Virus record (IMG/VR): IMGVR_UViG_3300033153_003434
Coordinates: 1-61,040 of that record
Strand: one strand, 5' to 3'
DNA from: a virus
Lineage: Duplodnaviria; Caudoviricetes
Length of the DNA: 61,040 bases
In this document: positions 60,524 to 61,040 of the stretch, piece after piece
Layout: each line of letters starts with the position of its first letter
How positions within the stretch are numbered: the first letter of the stretch is position 1
Position numbers and translations under genes: made by a program
Notes under the pieces: generated by a model
Database searches by the model: none
Told to the model about the DNA's origin: nothing
The model's input: only the letters and a program-made list of their open reading frames with translations

Positions 60524-60577
60524 GGAAAGCATACAGCAATTAAATGGTTAAGAAGTTCGATACTTTAACGCTTTCCG
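60524..60577 (+). ncRNA. ACAGCAA-stem RNA element, copy 5, with T-loop-like hairpin
   Basis: GGAAAGC-at-ACAGCAA..AAG-TTCGATA-CTT..GCTTTCC-G. Confidence 0.62.
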
Positions 60578-60599
60578 TTTTATTTTTATAAATAATAGT

Positions 60600-61040
60600 A
60601 TGAAAAGTTTTAGTTTATTAGATGATTACAGTGTAATACTTGAAGATTTTTATGATGTTGTTAAACATAAAAAGAAATGGCACGATTTAGAACGACCAAA
60701 TATAAAATCTAAAATAGTAGATGATGATGGTATCAGGCAAAATATATTCAACTTGGTTGATTTTGCGTATAAAAAATCTTTAAATGCACCACATGTTGGT
60801 GTAAAAAGTTCTAATGATGTGTTAGGTTCTGGTTATGATTATTGGGAAGCTATAGATGTAGATGATAGACCTGATGCCGATGCTGTTGTTTTTGGTCATA
60901 GACGATATGGTATAAAAATATCAGGAATAGGGCATAATGGTAATATTATGGCTATACGATATTTATTAGACAAATTAGTGAAAATATTAAGTAAAAAAGG
61001 ATATTGGATAGAAGCATCGTTAAAAGTTGCTAAAGCTCTA
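60600..61040 (+). CDS. Partial (3'-truncated) protein with leader, possibly GNAT-like fold
   Basis: TATAAATA at 60587; MKSFSLLDDYSVILED..LVDFAY..GIGHNG..LSKKGYWIEAS; open to window end. Confidence 0.6.
   Translation, partial: MKSFSLLDDYSVILEDFYDVVKHKKKWHDLERPNIKSKIVDDDGIRQNIFNLVDFAYKKSLNAPHVGVKSSNDVLGSGYDYWEAIDVDDRPDADAVVFGHRRYGIKISGIGHNGNIMAIRYLLDKLVKILSKKGYWIEASLKVAKAL

Overview
The window is a 61 kb segment of an AT-rich, T4-like jumbo myovirus genome read in the standard genetic code; the host cannot be identified from this sequence. Positions 1-47 kb are mostly late genes behind TATAAATA promoters: acidic virion/fibre-like proteins, small and large terminase (TerL carries a 159-aa mini-intein in its Walker A motif), four tail-sheath paralogs, one tail tube, a gp5-C-like spike fragment, and free-standing endonucleases. 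About 19 proteins begin with a short leader ending in [ILV]-x-E, resembling T4 capsid-targeting and prohead-protease signals. These include a six-domain Cys-GNAT-like/Zn-ribbon paralog family and a probable T3-type SAM lyase. Positions 44-61 kb (and a leftward island at 26-29 kb) carry TTGAC(A/T)-N17-TA(T/G)(A/C)TT promoters, guanylate kinase, a metallophosphoesterase, GIY-YIG/EndoVII/PD-(D/E)XK nucleases and a tRNA/tmRNA cluster. The two most unusual signals are (i) a 731-aa protein that appears stitched together from short motifs of major capsid protein, prohead protease and portal, and (ii) a family of small tRNA-mimicking RNAs with a covarying 7-bp stem and an invariant ACAGCAA heptamer. 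Protein family calls rest on motifs recognised by eye and on reference sequences recalled from memory; no searches were run.
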